Positions 31,692 to 40,633 are shown, counted from the stretch's first letter. The stretch is DNA of 64,000 nucleotides from a virus (IMGVR_UViG_3300021255_000109:32001-96000); one strand, 5' to 3'. Program-made: numbers and translations. Notes: generated by a model from the sequence alone, not told the origin.

Positions 31692-32312
31692 GAATTTGAA
31701 AAAATGTGTGAACCTTCGCTCTACATCCTATATTTCTCGTTTATTAGACTACTGAGGAGATAAGTCTGAGCCTAAGACCCGTCGGTCTTAAACTTCTTAC
31801 CCCACCCGTTTTCCACGGGCACAGGTTCTGCACCTTTAATCTCAGAAGGGATTGCTTACCCTCAACTTTCACCCACCATTCAGATATTTTTATAATAATG
31901 ACCTCAACATTATTCATTCATTATAAATAGAAATTAAAAAGTCTTTGCCTTGGGCTACTTGTGCGTTGACCTTGTCTTATAGTCTTATTACTAAGACATC
32001 ATGGCAAACTTCCTTATTAGCATTTCCTTGGTTTGTGCCAGGCGGCCAGCCTAACACCTAACAAGGATTATTCTCCCACTGGGAGCGTCTATTGCGGAAG
32101 CGACAAGACACCGTCCTAACTTGAGAAATATATTTTGCGCTAACTACCCCCGACACCTTACGTTCGTAAGGTATCATTCTCTTGTCACCAAGAGAATGAT
32201 TCATCTTCATCCTGGCTATCGTCAGGGTAGATATAGTCGACACCTAAGTGTGGTAGTTACCTCAGCACAATGGTATTTGCTCTGCACTGAGTTACACATT
32301 TTTTCAAAGTTC
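31692..32312 (-). ncRNA. Large structured ncRNA, ROOL-like (~620 nt)
   Basis: Terminal pairing TTTGAAAAAATGTGT/ACACATTTTTTCAAA, many hairpins, segments CAAGTAGCCCAA, ATCTGAATGGTGGGTGAAAG, GCTCAGACTTATCTCC recalled as ROOL-like; tRNA-cluster context. Confidence 0.65.
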
Positions 32313-32530
32313 AATAGGAATCAGTCAAAATCAGCATCGCCACGAGAAGGCTTCCTATATGATGCCATGCGGTTTTGAGGTTAACCGTAAACCTTGATAG
32401 TGTGGCTCTCGCCCAAAGGAATACCCGGCCGCCGCACTCCACTCTTTGAATGATGAACTCTTCTAATCCTACATCCTATCATATGTCTATTGGACTTACA
32501 TACAATTTCTAACTGTAAAGCCGAGACAAA

Positions 32531-32603
32531 CAGCCCCGGACAGAATCGAACTGTCACATTGCGGGTCAAAGCCGCATGCGCTCAACCATTACGCTACGGA
32601 GCT
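32531..32603 (-). tRNA. tRNA-Gln(TTG)
   Basis: Cloverleaf; loop CTTTGAC; G73. Confidence 0.88.
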
Positions 32604-32611
32604 ATCTATTT

Positions 32612-32734
32612 CAAGGCTGCTTACTTTTTGGAGTTATTAATCTTCCAATTGATTTACAATTGCTAAGCAAAAGACAGGACTCGAACCTGCAACGCATAAC
32701 TTGGAATAAAGCTACTATTTGCTGTCACAGCCTT
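32612..32734 (-). ncRNA. Element E3: YrlA-topology permuted tRNA mimic
   Basis: AAGGCTG-TGACAGCAA ... GTTAT, T-arm GCAGG-TTCGAGT-CCTGT, looped acceptor, D-arm AATC-AATTGGAA-GATT, ATAAC ... CAGCCTTG. Confidence 0.72.
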
Positions 32735-32765
32735 AAATATATTATAATGTTTAATTAGTTTTCAA

Positions 32766-32887
32766 CAAGACACTTTAGAAAAATGATTATCAGTCATTCG
32801 CGTCAACCATTGCGCCAATTTGCCTAAGGTGGCAAATATCGGATTTGAACCGATACTCTCTAAAAAGAGATTTGCTGTATGTGTCTT
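32766..32887 (-). ncRNA. Element E4: circularly permuted tRNA-Ile(GAT)-like module
   Basis: AAGACAC-ATACAGCAA ... T-arm, ATTTGCC-ACCTTA-GGCAAAT, D-arm, AATGA-CTGATAA-TCATT ... GTGTCTTG. Confidence 0.78.
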
Positions 32888-32893
32888 TTTTAT

Positions 32894-33268
32894 TTATTCT
32901 TGAATACAATACTTTCTTACAAAATGACCATAAGACATACGATTACACATCTTATTTAACTCCTCAGTAGAATACTGACCTGCTACTAATTCATCAACAA
33001 GCGCCCAATAACAATCGACGTCGTCTCTATAGACGTCATCGTACATCTCTTCAATCTCATCTTCAGTCATATCGTCGTCGATATATTCTTTTGCCTCTTC
33101 ATCTAAAGCATTATAAATCTCAGCATAAGACTGAATAACATCAAAGGCTAAGCTAATAGCATTCTCTCTGGCTTCCTCTTCGTTGTCTGCATCAATTACT
33201 TCCATCTCATACATACCGTGTAAACCACCATACATCTGGTCACAGCCATAAACTACATATCTAGCCAT
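32894..33268 (-). CDS. Acidic hypothetical protein
   Basis: ORF behind promoter; YGGLHG motif. Confidence 0.65.
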   Translation of the reverse strand: MARYVVYGCDQMYGGLHGMYEMEVIDADNEEEARENAISLAFDVIQSYAEIYNALDEEAKEYIDDDMTEDEIEEMYDDVYRDDVDCYWALVDELVAGQYSTEELNKMCNRMSYGHFVRKYCIQE

Positions 33269-33359
33269 TGATTATAATTTCCTTTCTTTTTTTATTTTAC
33301 ATAAATATTATACCAAATTTTTTCTAAAAAATCAATTTAAACTTTTTTATTTGTGATAG

Positions 33360-33434
33360 TCGGGGTGACAGGATTCGAACCTGCGGTCTCGTGATCCCAA
33401 ATCACGCGCCTTAACCAAACTGGGCCACACCCCG
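33360..33434 (-). tRNA. tRNA-Pro(TGG)
   Basis: Cloverleaf; loop TTTGGGA. Confidence 0.93.
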
Positions 33435-33438
33435 TAAG

Positions 33439-33995
33439 TAGGAGAGATGGGAATCGAACCCATGACCTCAGGTTTGATTCCAAGATGTTATTCATTAATT
33501 ATTTTATTCACCACCTTTTCTAATTCATATTCAGTAGCAAATGTAATTCCTCTAATTTGTCCATTCTTAGGCGGAATAAATCTTAATCTTTTTATCCCAG
33601 AACTACAACATTCATCTACTGGAATTAAATAAGTTTTACCTTCATAAGAAGTCATAAAATAATCAATTTGTTCTTTTGTATAGGCATGTTTTACAAACTT
33701 TCCATTTCTCGTAGTTTTATTTGCGGTATTAAATTCTATATATCCGTTGTCTATATGTGAAGTATTAGCTGTTTTAACTTGAATTTTATAAAATTTATTA
33801 TTTATTTCAACTACGAAATCATAACGTTCACAATCTCCATATGGAGTTAAAACATTATAACCTAATTTTAAAAATGATAACATACATTCTACTTCTGTAA
33901 TATTACCTTTTTGTTTTGACATTAACATATTGTTAATAATCAATGAATAATTCTTTGAATCAGACCTGCACTCTAACCTTCTGAGCTACTCTCCT
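33439..33995 (-). tRNA. tRNA-Ile(GAT) split by a 483-nt insertion (exons 33959-33995 and 33439-33475)
   Basis: 5' half ends CAGGT-CT-GAT, 3' half begins AA-ACCTG; perfect acceptor AGGAGAG/CTCTCCT, A73. Confidence 0.85.
33488..33928 (-). CDS. PD-(D/E)XK homing-type endonuclease (I-Ssp6803I-like family) inside tRNA-Ile
   Basis: KG..TE, P.GD..RYD, KIQVKT, Y...IDYF, YLIP. Confidence 0.85.
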   Translation of the reverse strand: MLMSKQKGNITEVECMLSFLKLGYNVLTPYGDCERYDFVVEINNKFYKIQVKTANTSHIDNGYIEFNTANKTTRNGKFVKHAYTKEQIDYFMTSYEGKTYLIPVDECCSSGIKRLRFIPPKNGQIRGITFATEYELEKVVNKIINE

Positions 33996-34006
33996 ATATT
34001 TATATC

Positions 34007-34087
34007 CAAGGCACTTAAAGTGAGCACATTTGTATAAGTAAAAGTTATATAATTTGCATCCTTGTAAATATTTGCTGTATGTGCCTT
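34007..34087 (-). ncRNA. Element E5
   Basis: AAGGCAC-ATACAGCAA ... GTGCCTTG directly after a promoter. Confidence 0.65.
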
Positions 34088-34272
34088 AAATTTCTTATTT
34101 CTTTATCTTACTAATTATATCAAAATTTTTCTAAAAAATCAACTTGCGGGTACTTTCCGCGACAGCCGCTTAACCAATTCGACTTTCTTAGCTTTCACTA
34201 ATGAGAACCTCACGCATTGTCGGTCTTGTCCTCCCTATCGTTAGGCTTCCACTTGCCGCAAGTTGATTTTAG

Positions 34273-34391
34273 TGGGGGACAGAGGACTCGAACCTCCAAA
34301 CACCGGCTCCCTAAGCTTTGTAAAAATTGCTGACACGGTTTTTATTCAAGACCAGACATAACGGCGGCTTTTCCTATTTGCCTAATCCCCC
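34273..34391 (-). ncRNA. Element E6: tRNA-like RNA with the permuted stem/CAGCAA motif in place of the anticodon loop
   Basis: Acceptor GGGGGA/TCCCCC, D- and T-arms intact; anticodon arm holds GGTCTTG-AATA-AAAACC-GTGTCAGCAA. Confidence 0.7.
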
Positions 34392-34394
34392 AAA

Positions 34395-34466
34395 TACCGG
34401 ATCTCGGATTCGAACCGAGAAAACAACCTTCGTAGGGTCGCAGTTTATCCATTAGCTTAATCCGGC
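34395..34466 (-). tRNA. tRNA-Arg(ACG)
   Basis: Cloverleaf; loop CTACGAA. Confidence 0.87.
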
Positions 34467-34658
34467 TTATGCGCGCTCGATTGGCGTCAAGCGCACGACT
34501 TCATATGCGCCAACATATGAAGGTTTTGGTTTAATATCGGGAAAACCACGACACGCCTCAAGAGCAATGCCAAAACCCGCAAGCACTTACCTCTTAATCC
34601 GTCTATTGCCTCGCTTCTCATCTTCGAGCATAAGCTACTACAATCGCTTTTAAGAGAA

Positions 34659-34730
34659 TATCCCAGAAAGGACTCGAACCTTCATCCAATCGCTTAGAAG
34701 GCGATTGCTCCTCCATTGAGCTACTGGGAC
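34659..34730 (-). tRNA. tRNA-Arg(TCT)
   Basis: Cloverleaf; loop CTTCTAA. Confidence 0.9.
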
Positions 34731-34912
34731 TCAATTTTTCTTTCCTTTTTTATCTTACATAAATATTATACCAAATTTTTTCCAAAAAAGCAAATCATTC
34801 TTTTTAACTGGGGGTCTTGATCGCGATGGGCTACCCCCAAGCCATGGTTTTCGGCTGGTTATCGTTGTTCACAGCTCCCGGCGAGGCTCTACGACGCTCC
34901 ACTGCCGCGGAG

Positions 34913-34985
<73 letters not shown>

Positions 34986-35085
34986 AAATGAGAGTATATC
35001 CACCGCCTCAACTCTCTATACCTGCCGGCTTTGCATCTGTGCGCACAGACCTCAGACATTAACCGATGGATTTCCAGTAGTTTAA

Positions 35086-36261
35086 TTAAATTAAGTATTT
35101 ATAAGCAAAGCTTGAACTGTAATAATTTTTAGCCTTATTAAACTCAATCTCTGCGATTTCAAAACTGTTTAAAAAAGCTTTAAGAGCATCTTTTAACTTC
35201 TTTTGTTCTTCGTTATCATCACTCAAATATTCATAATCATCATCCCAGCCAAGTTCAACCTTAGAAGGGTCAATATGATAACCATTTTCGTCAATGATAA
35301 TGTCACGAGTGTAAAATCTGACCTGAACATTATTGCAATAACGAGCAAACTCAGCAGGAAAAGCTTTCTTATCAAAATTCAGCCATTCATAATTATTTCG
35401 GTTATCAAACATATCAAGGTCTATATTCTGAGAACTTGTTGCAACTAAGCCATTTGTAAAAATAACTTTCATTGATAATACAAGATAACGCTCTCTCTCA
35501 ATATTCAAATCTAACATGGTCTCAGACAAATCATATCCCTGATTTAGTTCAAATGCAATAGCCCTAAGTACATCATATGTAAATGAAGACATACCACTAA
35601 GAGCTACAATTTTATCAATATACTGACGAGCATCTCCAACTAGATTATCATTCATATACTCTCTTACTTCGTCTCCTGTTGGAGTGCTAAGCATAAAATG
35701 ATAATGAAATCTTCCTGGTCTATTCAATAGGAAAGGACTTAATCCTCTGGTATCATTACAAGTAATAATATATAATTTCTTACCATCATCAATACCATCG
35801 AATAATGATAAAAGATTATCTTGCGGTGAATAATCACTGTCTTTATCAGTTTTAAAAGTTTTTTCGAACTCATCAAAAAGCACAATACATTCTTGATGAA
35901 TAGAAGAAATAAAATCTTCAATACCAGGCGCAGGAGTATCAACAATTAAAAGCGGTAAATTTGATTTCTTACCAGCTTCTGCTAATAAACGTGCAAACAT
36001 TGACTTACCAACACCTTTTGGTCCTGATAAGATAACACCCATATTACGATTGAAATGGCTAAAAGTATTCATAACCTTATTAACCTTTTCAGCATACGGT
36101 CCATAAACTTTTTCTCTTGTAACGAGGTCATTATGCTTAGATAGGTAATAACCTGATAACTTACTAAATTCTACTCGATATGTATCTGCGGGGAGCGACT
36201 TATATGTTTGCACATCCTCGCCATACACCATAAACTTATCGCCTGCATTAACTATATTCAT
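35086..36261 (-). CDS. AAA+ ATPase
   Basis: GPKGVGKS, LFDEFEK, TCN, NRPGRF. Confidence 0.88.
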   Translation of the reverse strand: MNIVNAGDKFMVYGEDVQTYKSLPADTYRVEFSKLSGYYLSKHNDLVTREKVYGPYAEKVNKVMNTFSHFNRNMGVILSGPKGVGKSMFARLLAEAGKKSNLPLLIVDTPAPGIEDFISSIHQECIVLFDEFEKTFKTDKDSDYSPQDNLLSLFDGIDDGKKLYIITCNDTRGLSPFLLNRPGRFHYHFMLSTPTGDEVREYMNDNLVGDARQYIDKIVALSGMSSFTYDVLRAIAFELNQGYDLSETMLDLNIERERYLVLSMKVIFTNGLVATSSQNIDLDMFDNRNNYEWLNFDKKAFPAEFARYCNNVQVRFYTRDIIIDENGYHIDPSKVELGWDDDYEYLSDDNEEQKKLKDALKAFLNSFEIAEIEFNKAKNYYSSSFAYKYLI

Positions 36262-36280
36262 TTATCTTTTCCCTTCTTCC

Positions 36281-36484
36281 TTAATCTTCAAACATTTCAT
36301 CATCCCAATCTTCATAGTTATCGTTATTGTATAACGCATCGCCATCATTCAAAACAGCACGCATTAAAGCTGAAAGTTCTAACAACTGACGAGCTTGCTT
36401 ATGTTTTTGCTTTTTATCTTTAGCTTTTGCAGATTCGTAAGCATCACTGTTATCACCGATTTGGTCCAAAACATATGGATGCAT
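36281..36484 (-). CDS. Hypothetical protein
   Basis: ORF with RBS. Confidence 0.5.
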   Translation of the reverse strand: MHPYVLDQIGDNSDAYESAKAKDKKQKHKQARQLLELSALMRAVLNDGDALYNNDNYEDWDDEMFED

Positions 36485-36513
36485 AATTACTCTCCTTTTT
36501 TTCTTTGGTTAAG

Positions 36514-36588
36514 GGCGAATAGAGAGATTCGAACTCTCGATCTTCAGAGCCACAATCTGATGTGCTAGCCAACTGCACCATATCCGCC
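36514..36588 (-). tRNA. tRNA-His(GTG)
   Basis: Cloverleaf, G-1/C73; loop TTGTGGC. Confidence 0.9.
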
Positions 36589-36613
36589 ATACATATCCCT
36601 CTCATTGGACACA

Positions 36614-36853
36614 TTACTAAGAGGTGTGAGAGGGTTTATTAAAATGAATTGAAGACTCTTTTACTATTGATTCACGGCTTTTCCAAACAATAGCTCGTAA
36701 ATCTTCTAATGCTTCTTGTTCTGTTTGATAAATTCTTTTATCAATTCTATTCCAAGGTAATGATACTAATTGATATGTACCTTGATCATTATGACAAATT
36801 ATGAAATAACTTTCTAATTTTCCGTCTTTAGAATAAACAGCATAAGTCTTCAT
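36614..36853 (-). CDS. Hypothetical protein (ends TAG-TAA)
   Basis: ORF with RBS. Confidence 0.55.
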
Positions 36854-36866
36854 TCTAACTCCTTAA

Positions 36867-37406
36867 TTACGGCCACTCACCAAGAGGCTTACCAAGCTGA
36901 CCACGTTCAACATCTGTATTGAAAAATACTCCAACTGAACCAGGTCCAGTAAGAATCTCTTCTGCAATATCCTGATACAAAGTGCTTACAACACCATGAC
37001 AATCATTTAAATTATCATTGAAGAACTGTACAACACAATTCTTAAACACTACATATACCATAGAGAACCAGTTATATCCTTCATCCGCAGGAGATACTGC
37101 ATATGCAAAAGCGGGATTCTTTGCAAAAGCAACTTCAAATAATTCTTTCTTATTTGCGAAAGCACGATTCGATGGGACGCCATCAACAGCAATCTTCAAA
37201 GTAATATTACCAAACACTACCGCGCTTGGAAGTAGCTGAATTAATGCTGCAACCTTATCTCCATTATTGCAAGAAAGGGTAATAGATGGATTCGGAGCGT
37301 TCCATTCTACATTACAAGCAATCTACGGATCTCCATCAAAGAGAGCCTCAACCTTATGGATATAAGTAATCCAAGGCGGTGATACCTTTAATCTAACATC
37401 TGCCAT
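36867..37406 (-). CDS. Conserved phage hypothetical protein (in-frame TAG at 37323)
   Basis: RBS+ATG at 37406; SPPW...LFDGDP*I...VVQFFNDNL.D. Confidence 0.75.
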
Positions 37407-37431
37407 AAATTATTTCTCCTTAAATTTATTT

Positions 37432-38019
37432 TTACCAGTTAAACGCATATCCAAGCGCCAGATCTGTTTTATCAGCAAGCAAATCTGCATAAGCCATAAT
37501 GCGTCTAGTAAGATCGTTAACCACAATTAAAGCTAATTCCAATTTACTACCTGGAATTTGTCCATCTACTGTTGCAACAAAAATATAATTCATTCCTGTG
37601 GTAACTCTGGTTCCCAGTAAAGCAACAGGAATCATTCTAGAGCCAAGACATCTATGACAACCATCAGTCCAAATTTCCATAACCTCTTCTGGAATTTCAT
37701 CGGCCATCTTAACATCAACTGTAGTTCCTCCAAGAGGAAGTCCACCTTCAAGAATGCGCTCAATACTTACAAGAGTTGCACCATTATCATTTGGTTTCTC
37801 ATTAAAAATCAGAATAACAATATTTTTTGAATCTTTATCTGTAAGTACAATCTGTTCTGCGAGAACCGCATGATTAATACCATTAACCACTTGTGAACCA
37901 AGATAAGCGATCATTTTATATTTTATGCCAACCAAATGTGTCTCAAGTGCGGAAAACGCACTAGCTACTTTCTACGGCATAGCTGAGGTATTTATTGTTA
38001 TCTCCCAACTACCTGTCAT
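37432..38019 (-). CDS. Hypothetical protein with duplicated LG.QVV.G.N domain (in-frame TAG at 37972)
   Basis: RBS+ATG at 38019; MP*KVA. Confidence 0.72.
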
Positions 38020-38057
38020 TTTTAATCTCCTTTATAAAAGACTTTATTAGTAACGAG

Positions 38058-38148
38058 CGAGGAGCTTGGGACTTGAACCCAAACGCCGGTCTACCCGGTT
38101 ACTCAGACATTAGCAATGTCTTGCCTTACCAATTAGGCTTAGCTCCCC
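38058..38148 (-). tRNA. tRNA-Ser(GCT)
   Basis: Cloverleaf, long variable arm, G73. Confidence 0.9.
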
Positions 38149-38504
38149 TAAAAAATATTGTAGGTTACAACAACCTGTCAAAGTACCTTAAAGGCTTCAT
38201 AACAAAATAGTACAATTTCTACAGTGAGTAACCTACAATATTAACCCCTCTGCGTTTACACTGGCTTGGGAACAGTCCATTGGGCCGCATTAGTTTTTAA
38301 TTTTAAGTAAGGAGTAAAAAGAAGATTTATTGTCCCCGTATTATTTGACAATAAATAGAGATAAAAAACTCTCCTTAACATACAGTTTTGTTGTTTCTAA
38401 ATCTGGCACTATATAGAAAGGATGGCACCTTACAGCCTAACCGCCAATTATTTTTGATTAGGTTTTCCAGTAGTAAGGCTTAATGTATAGTGTCAATTTA
38501 AAAA

Positions 38505-38627
38505 CAAGTCGCTTCGTTTTTTGGTGTACAAAATGGGACTCGAACCCACAATTTTTAAATCCTAAATTTAACGCCATTCCTATTTGGCTATTCGTACGAT
38601 TAACGTAACATTTGCTGTATGCGACTT
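38505..38627 (-). ncRNA. Element E7 enclosing a complete tRNA-Leu(TAG)-like gene with CCA (38522-38597)
   Basis: AAGTCGC-ATACAGCAA ... cloverleaf with TTAAA-TTTAGGA-TTTAA ... ACCA ... GCGACTTG. Confidence 0.75.
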
Positions 38628-38631
38628 TAAG

Positions 38632-38706
38632 TTGCGGGAGAAGGATTCGAACCTCCGACCTTTGCCTTATGAGGGCAACGAGCTTCCAGACTGCTACCAC
38701 CCCGCC
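38632..38706 (-). tRNA. tRNA-Met(CAT), initiator-like
   Basis: GCGGGG/CCCGCAA with 1:72 mismatch; loop CTCATAA. Confidence 0.8.
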
Positions 38707-38925
38707 ATAATAAAACGGTTTTTAATTTATATGTCCCAGATTCCGTAAAACTGGTATTCCTAACTCATTGGTTTAAATTAGCCCAACGGACCGTACCTCC
38801 ATTTCGTTAGAATAAATGCCATACCAAGGGTTTGCACCTCGATTGCCAGAATTCTAGCTGGGGACTTACTTTTTAGTCGAGCATGACATTTTTATTAATT
38901 TTTCTTACTTATTTTTATTATCCCT

Positions 38926-38991
38926 CAAGACGAATTATAACAAGTTTTGTTTACCGACACAAATTGTTTTAAAAATTGCAGAAATCGTCTT
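38926..38991 (-). ncRNA. Element E8
   Basis: AAGACGA-TTTCTGCAA ... TCGTCTTG directly after a promoter. Confidence 0.55.
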
Positions 38992-39038
38992 TTTTATTTT
39001 CTATAAATATTATATCAAATATTTTATAAAAAATCAAA

Positions 39039-39114
39039 CCAACCATATGGGAATCGAACCCATCATCCTTCTGCCTTGCGTGACAGTGCTTGCCTCCTTG
39101 CATGCCCATGATTA
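39039..39114 (-). pseudogene. Degenerate tRNA-like sequence (Asp-like)
   Basis: Good T-arm ATGGG-TTCGATT-CCCAT, weak acceptor, CTGTCAC loop, broken stems. Confidence 0.4.
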
Positions 39115-39381
39115 GAGGGATCTGCGCATATCCCTGTTTTGGTTTGCTTCAGTAGGGTTTCCTCCCCTCCCACTCCATTTTTATACCGAGCTGAGAAAAC
39201 ACGGTCGAGAACTTCTCGTAATAAGGTACCATCATTTGTTACAACTGTCAATCTTTCATATGGTGCTATCTACTTAACTGGCAGCCCGCATTGTACTTTT
39301 GCGTAACAATTTATAACTCCCAAATTGTTTCTAACGTCTGCTTATGTCCAACGGATAGCCAGCCGTGCTTGAAGCAGCAAA

Positions 39382-39456
39382 TACCTGAAAATGGATTTGA
39401 ACCATTGACCTTTTCCGTATGAAGGAATTGCTCTAACCGAACTGAGCTACTCAGGT
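39382..39456 (-). tRNA. tRNA(CAT), Met or Ile2
   Basis: Cloverleaf; loop TTCATAC. Confidence 0.85.
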
Positions 39457-39543
39457 AGAAAGGTTAGGTAGTTTTTTGACTTGCCCAGGTCGACACAAAC
39501 AAAGAAAGGAAGATACATTATTATGAATTTATAAAAATTCAAA

Positions 39544-39616
39544 TGACTCTTGCCCGATTCGAACGGACGACTCCTGCCTGAGAAACAGGTGACTTAGGCC
39601 TCTTGTCGAAAGAGCC
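39544..39616 (-). tRNA. tRNA-Glu(CTC)
   Basis: Cloverleaf; loop TTCTCAG. Confidence 0.82.
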
Positions 39617-39753
39617 AAATTTTTATTTAATATTCCGGAAACTCCTTTACTTCATCATCAATGATTTCAATCTCTTCGATGTAAACCTCTTCACACTGAA
39701 CTTCGCAATCAAATGAATCCCAGTAAAAAATTTCCTTCATTTTTAACTCCTTT

Positions 39754-39819
39754 CAAGACATTTTAGTTTTTCCCAAATTGGATGGCTGAGATAACAAACT
39801 TGTTTGCTGCAAATGTCTT
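39754..39819 (-). ncRNA. Element E9
   Basis: AAGACAT-TTGCAGCAA ... ATGTCTTG directly after a promoter. Confidence 0.6.
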
Positions 39820-39885
39820 TTTTCATTTTCTATAAATATTATATCAAATATTTTATAAAAAATCAATTAAGCATTTTTTTATTCG

Positions 39886-39959
39886 TACTCAAGATGAGAT
39901 TCGAACTCATAAAACCTTGGGTTTGAGCCAAGTACGTTTACCAATTACGTCACTTGAGC
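39886..39959 (-). tRNA. tRNA-Leu(CAA), short variable loop
   Basis: Cloverleaf; loop CTCAAAC. Confidence 0.85.
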
Positions 39960-39963
39960 AGAG

Positions 39964-40035
39964 TGGACACGGTGGGATTCGAACCCAATCTTCCTGATTG
40001 CAAGTCAAGCGCTCTCCCAATTGAGCTACCGGCCC
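39964..40035 (-). tRNA. tRNA-Ala(TGC)
   Basis: Cloverleaf with G3-U70; loop CTTGCAA. Confidence 0.85.
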
Positions 40036-40131
40036 ATAGTGGCAACTTCACTATTGGTCTGGATGGTTGCCGCACCCTAATGTCTTTCCATTAAGTCAAT
40101 TATCCTAAATTATTTGGCGATAATTACCTAA

Positions 40132-40206
40132 GCAGGTTGGCAGGATTTAAACCTGCGACCTCCGGGTCCCAAACCAAGCGCTCTGGCCAAACTGAGCTAC
40201 ATCCTG
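40132..40206 (-). tRNA. tRNA-Pro(TGG), second and degenerate copy
   Basis: Cloverleaf with T-loop TTTAAAT and mismatches. Confidence 0.65.
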
Positions 40207-40237
40207 CTATAAATATATTTGGCAATAATTGCCGAAG

Positions 40238-40310
40238 CGGGGACAGGAGGACTCGAACCTACAACAACCCGGTTAACAGCCGGGTGCTCTACCAATTGAG
40301 CTATGCCCCC
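40238..40310 (-). tRNA. tRNA-Asn(GTT)
   Basis: Cloverleaf; loop CTGTTAA. Confidence 0.9.
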
Positions 40311-40365
40311 AAATTGACCTACCCTGGTACGCATTGTTAAGAGGCGTGATAGGTACTGATATAAT

Positions 40366-40512
40366 CTAGACACGTAGTTCCTTTTTTTAACGCTATTGCG
40401 CACATCTTTTCAAATTAGAACTATTAAACGTCGATGCTATTTTACAGGGACACGTCCCTATATTCTTCTATCCTAATCTTGAGTTAAAATAGAATTGCTG
40501 TGCCCGTGTCTA
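40366..40512 (-). ncRNA. Element E10
   Basis: TAGACACG-GGCACAGCAA ... CGTGTCTAG. Confidence 0.55.
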
Positions 40513-40560
40513 TGTGATAGTTTAATTTACCGCCGCCGAACTCTATCAAACTAGGCATAA

Positions 40561-40633
40561 TGCGCCAAATGGGATTCGAACCCACGGTCCTACGATTAAA
40601 AGTCGTATGCTTTACCATCTAAGCTATTGGCGC
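40561..40633 (-). tRNA. tRNA-Lys(TTT)
   Basis: Cloverleaf; loop CTTTTAA. Confidence 0.92.

Noticed and set aside
33476-33958. Classical group I intron
   Set aside because: Almost no non-coding space for the catalytic core and no terminal G; kept as an unexplained insertion
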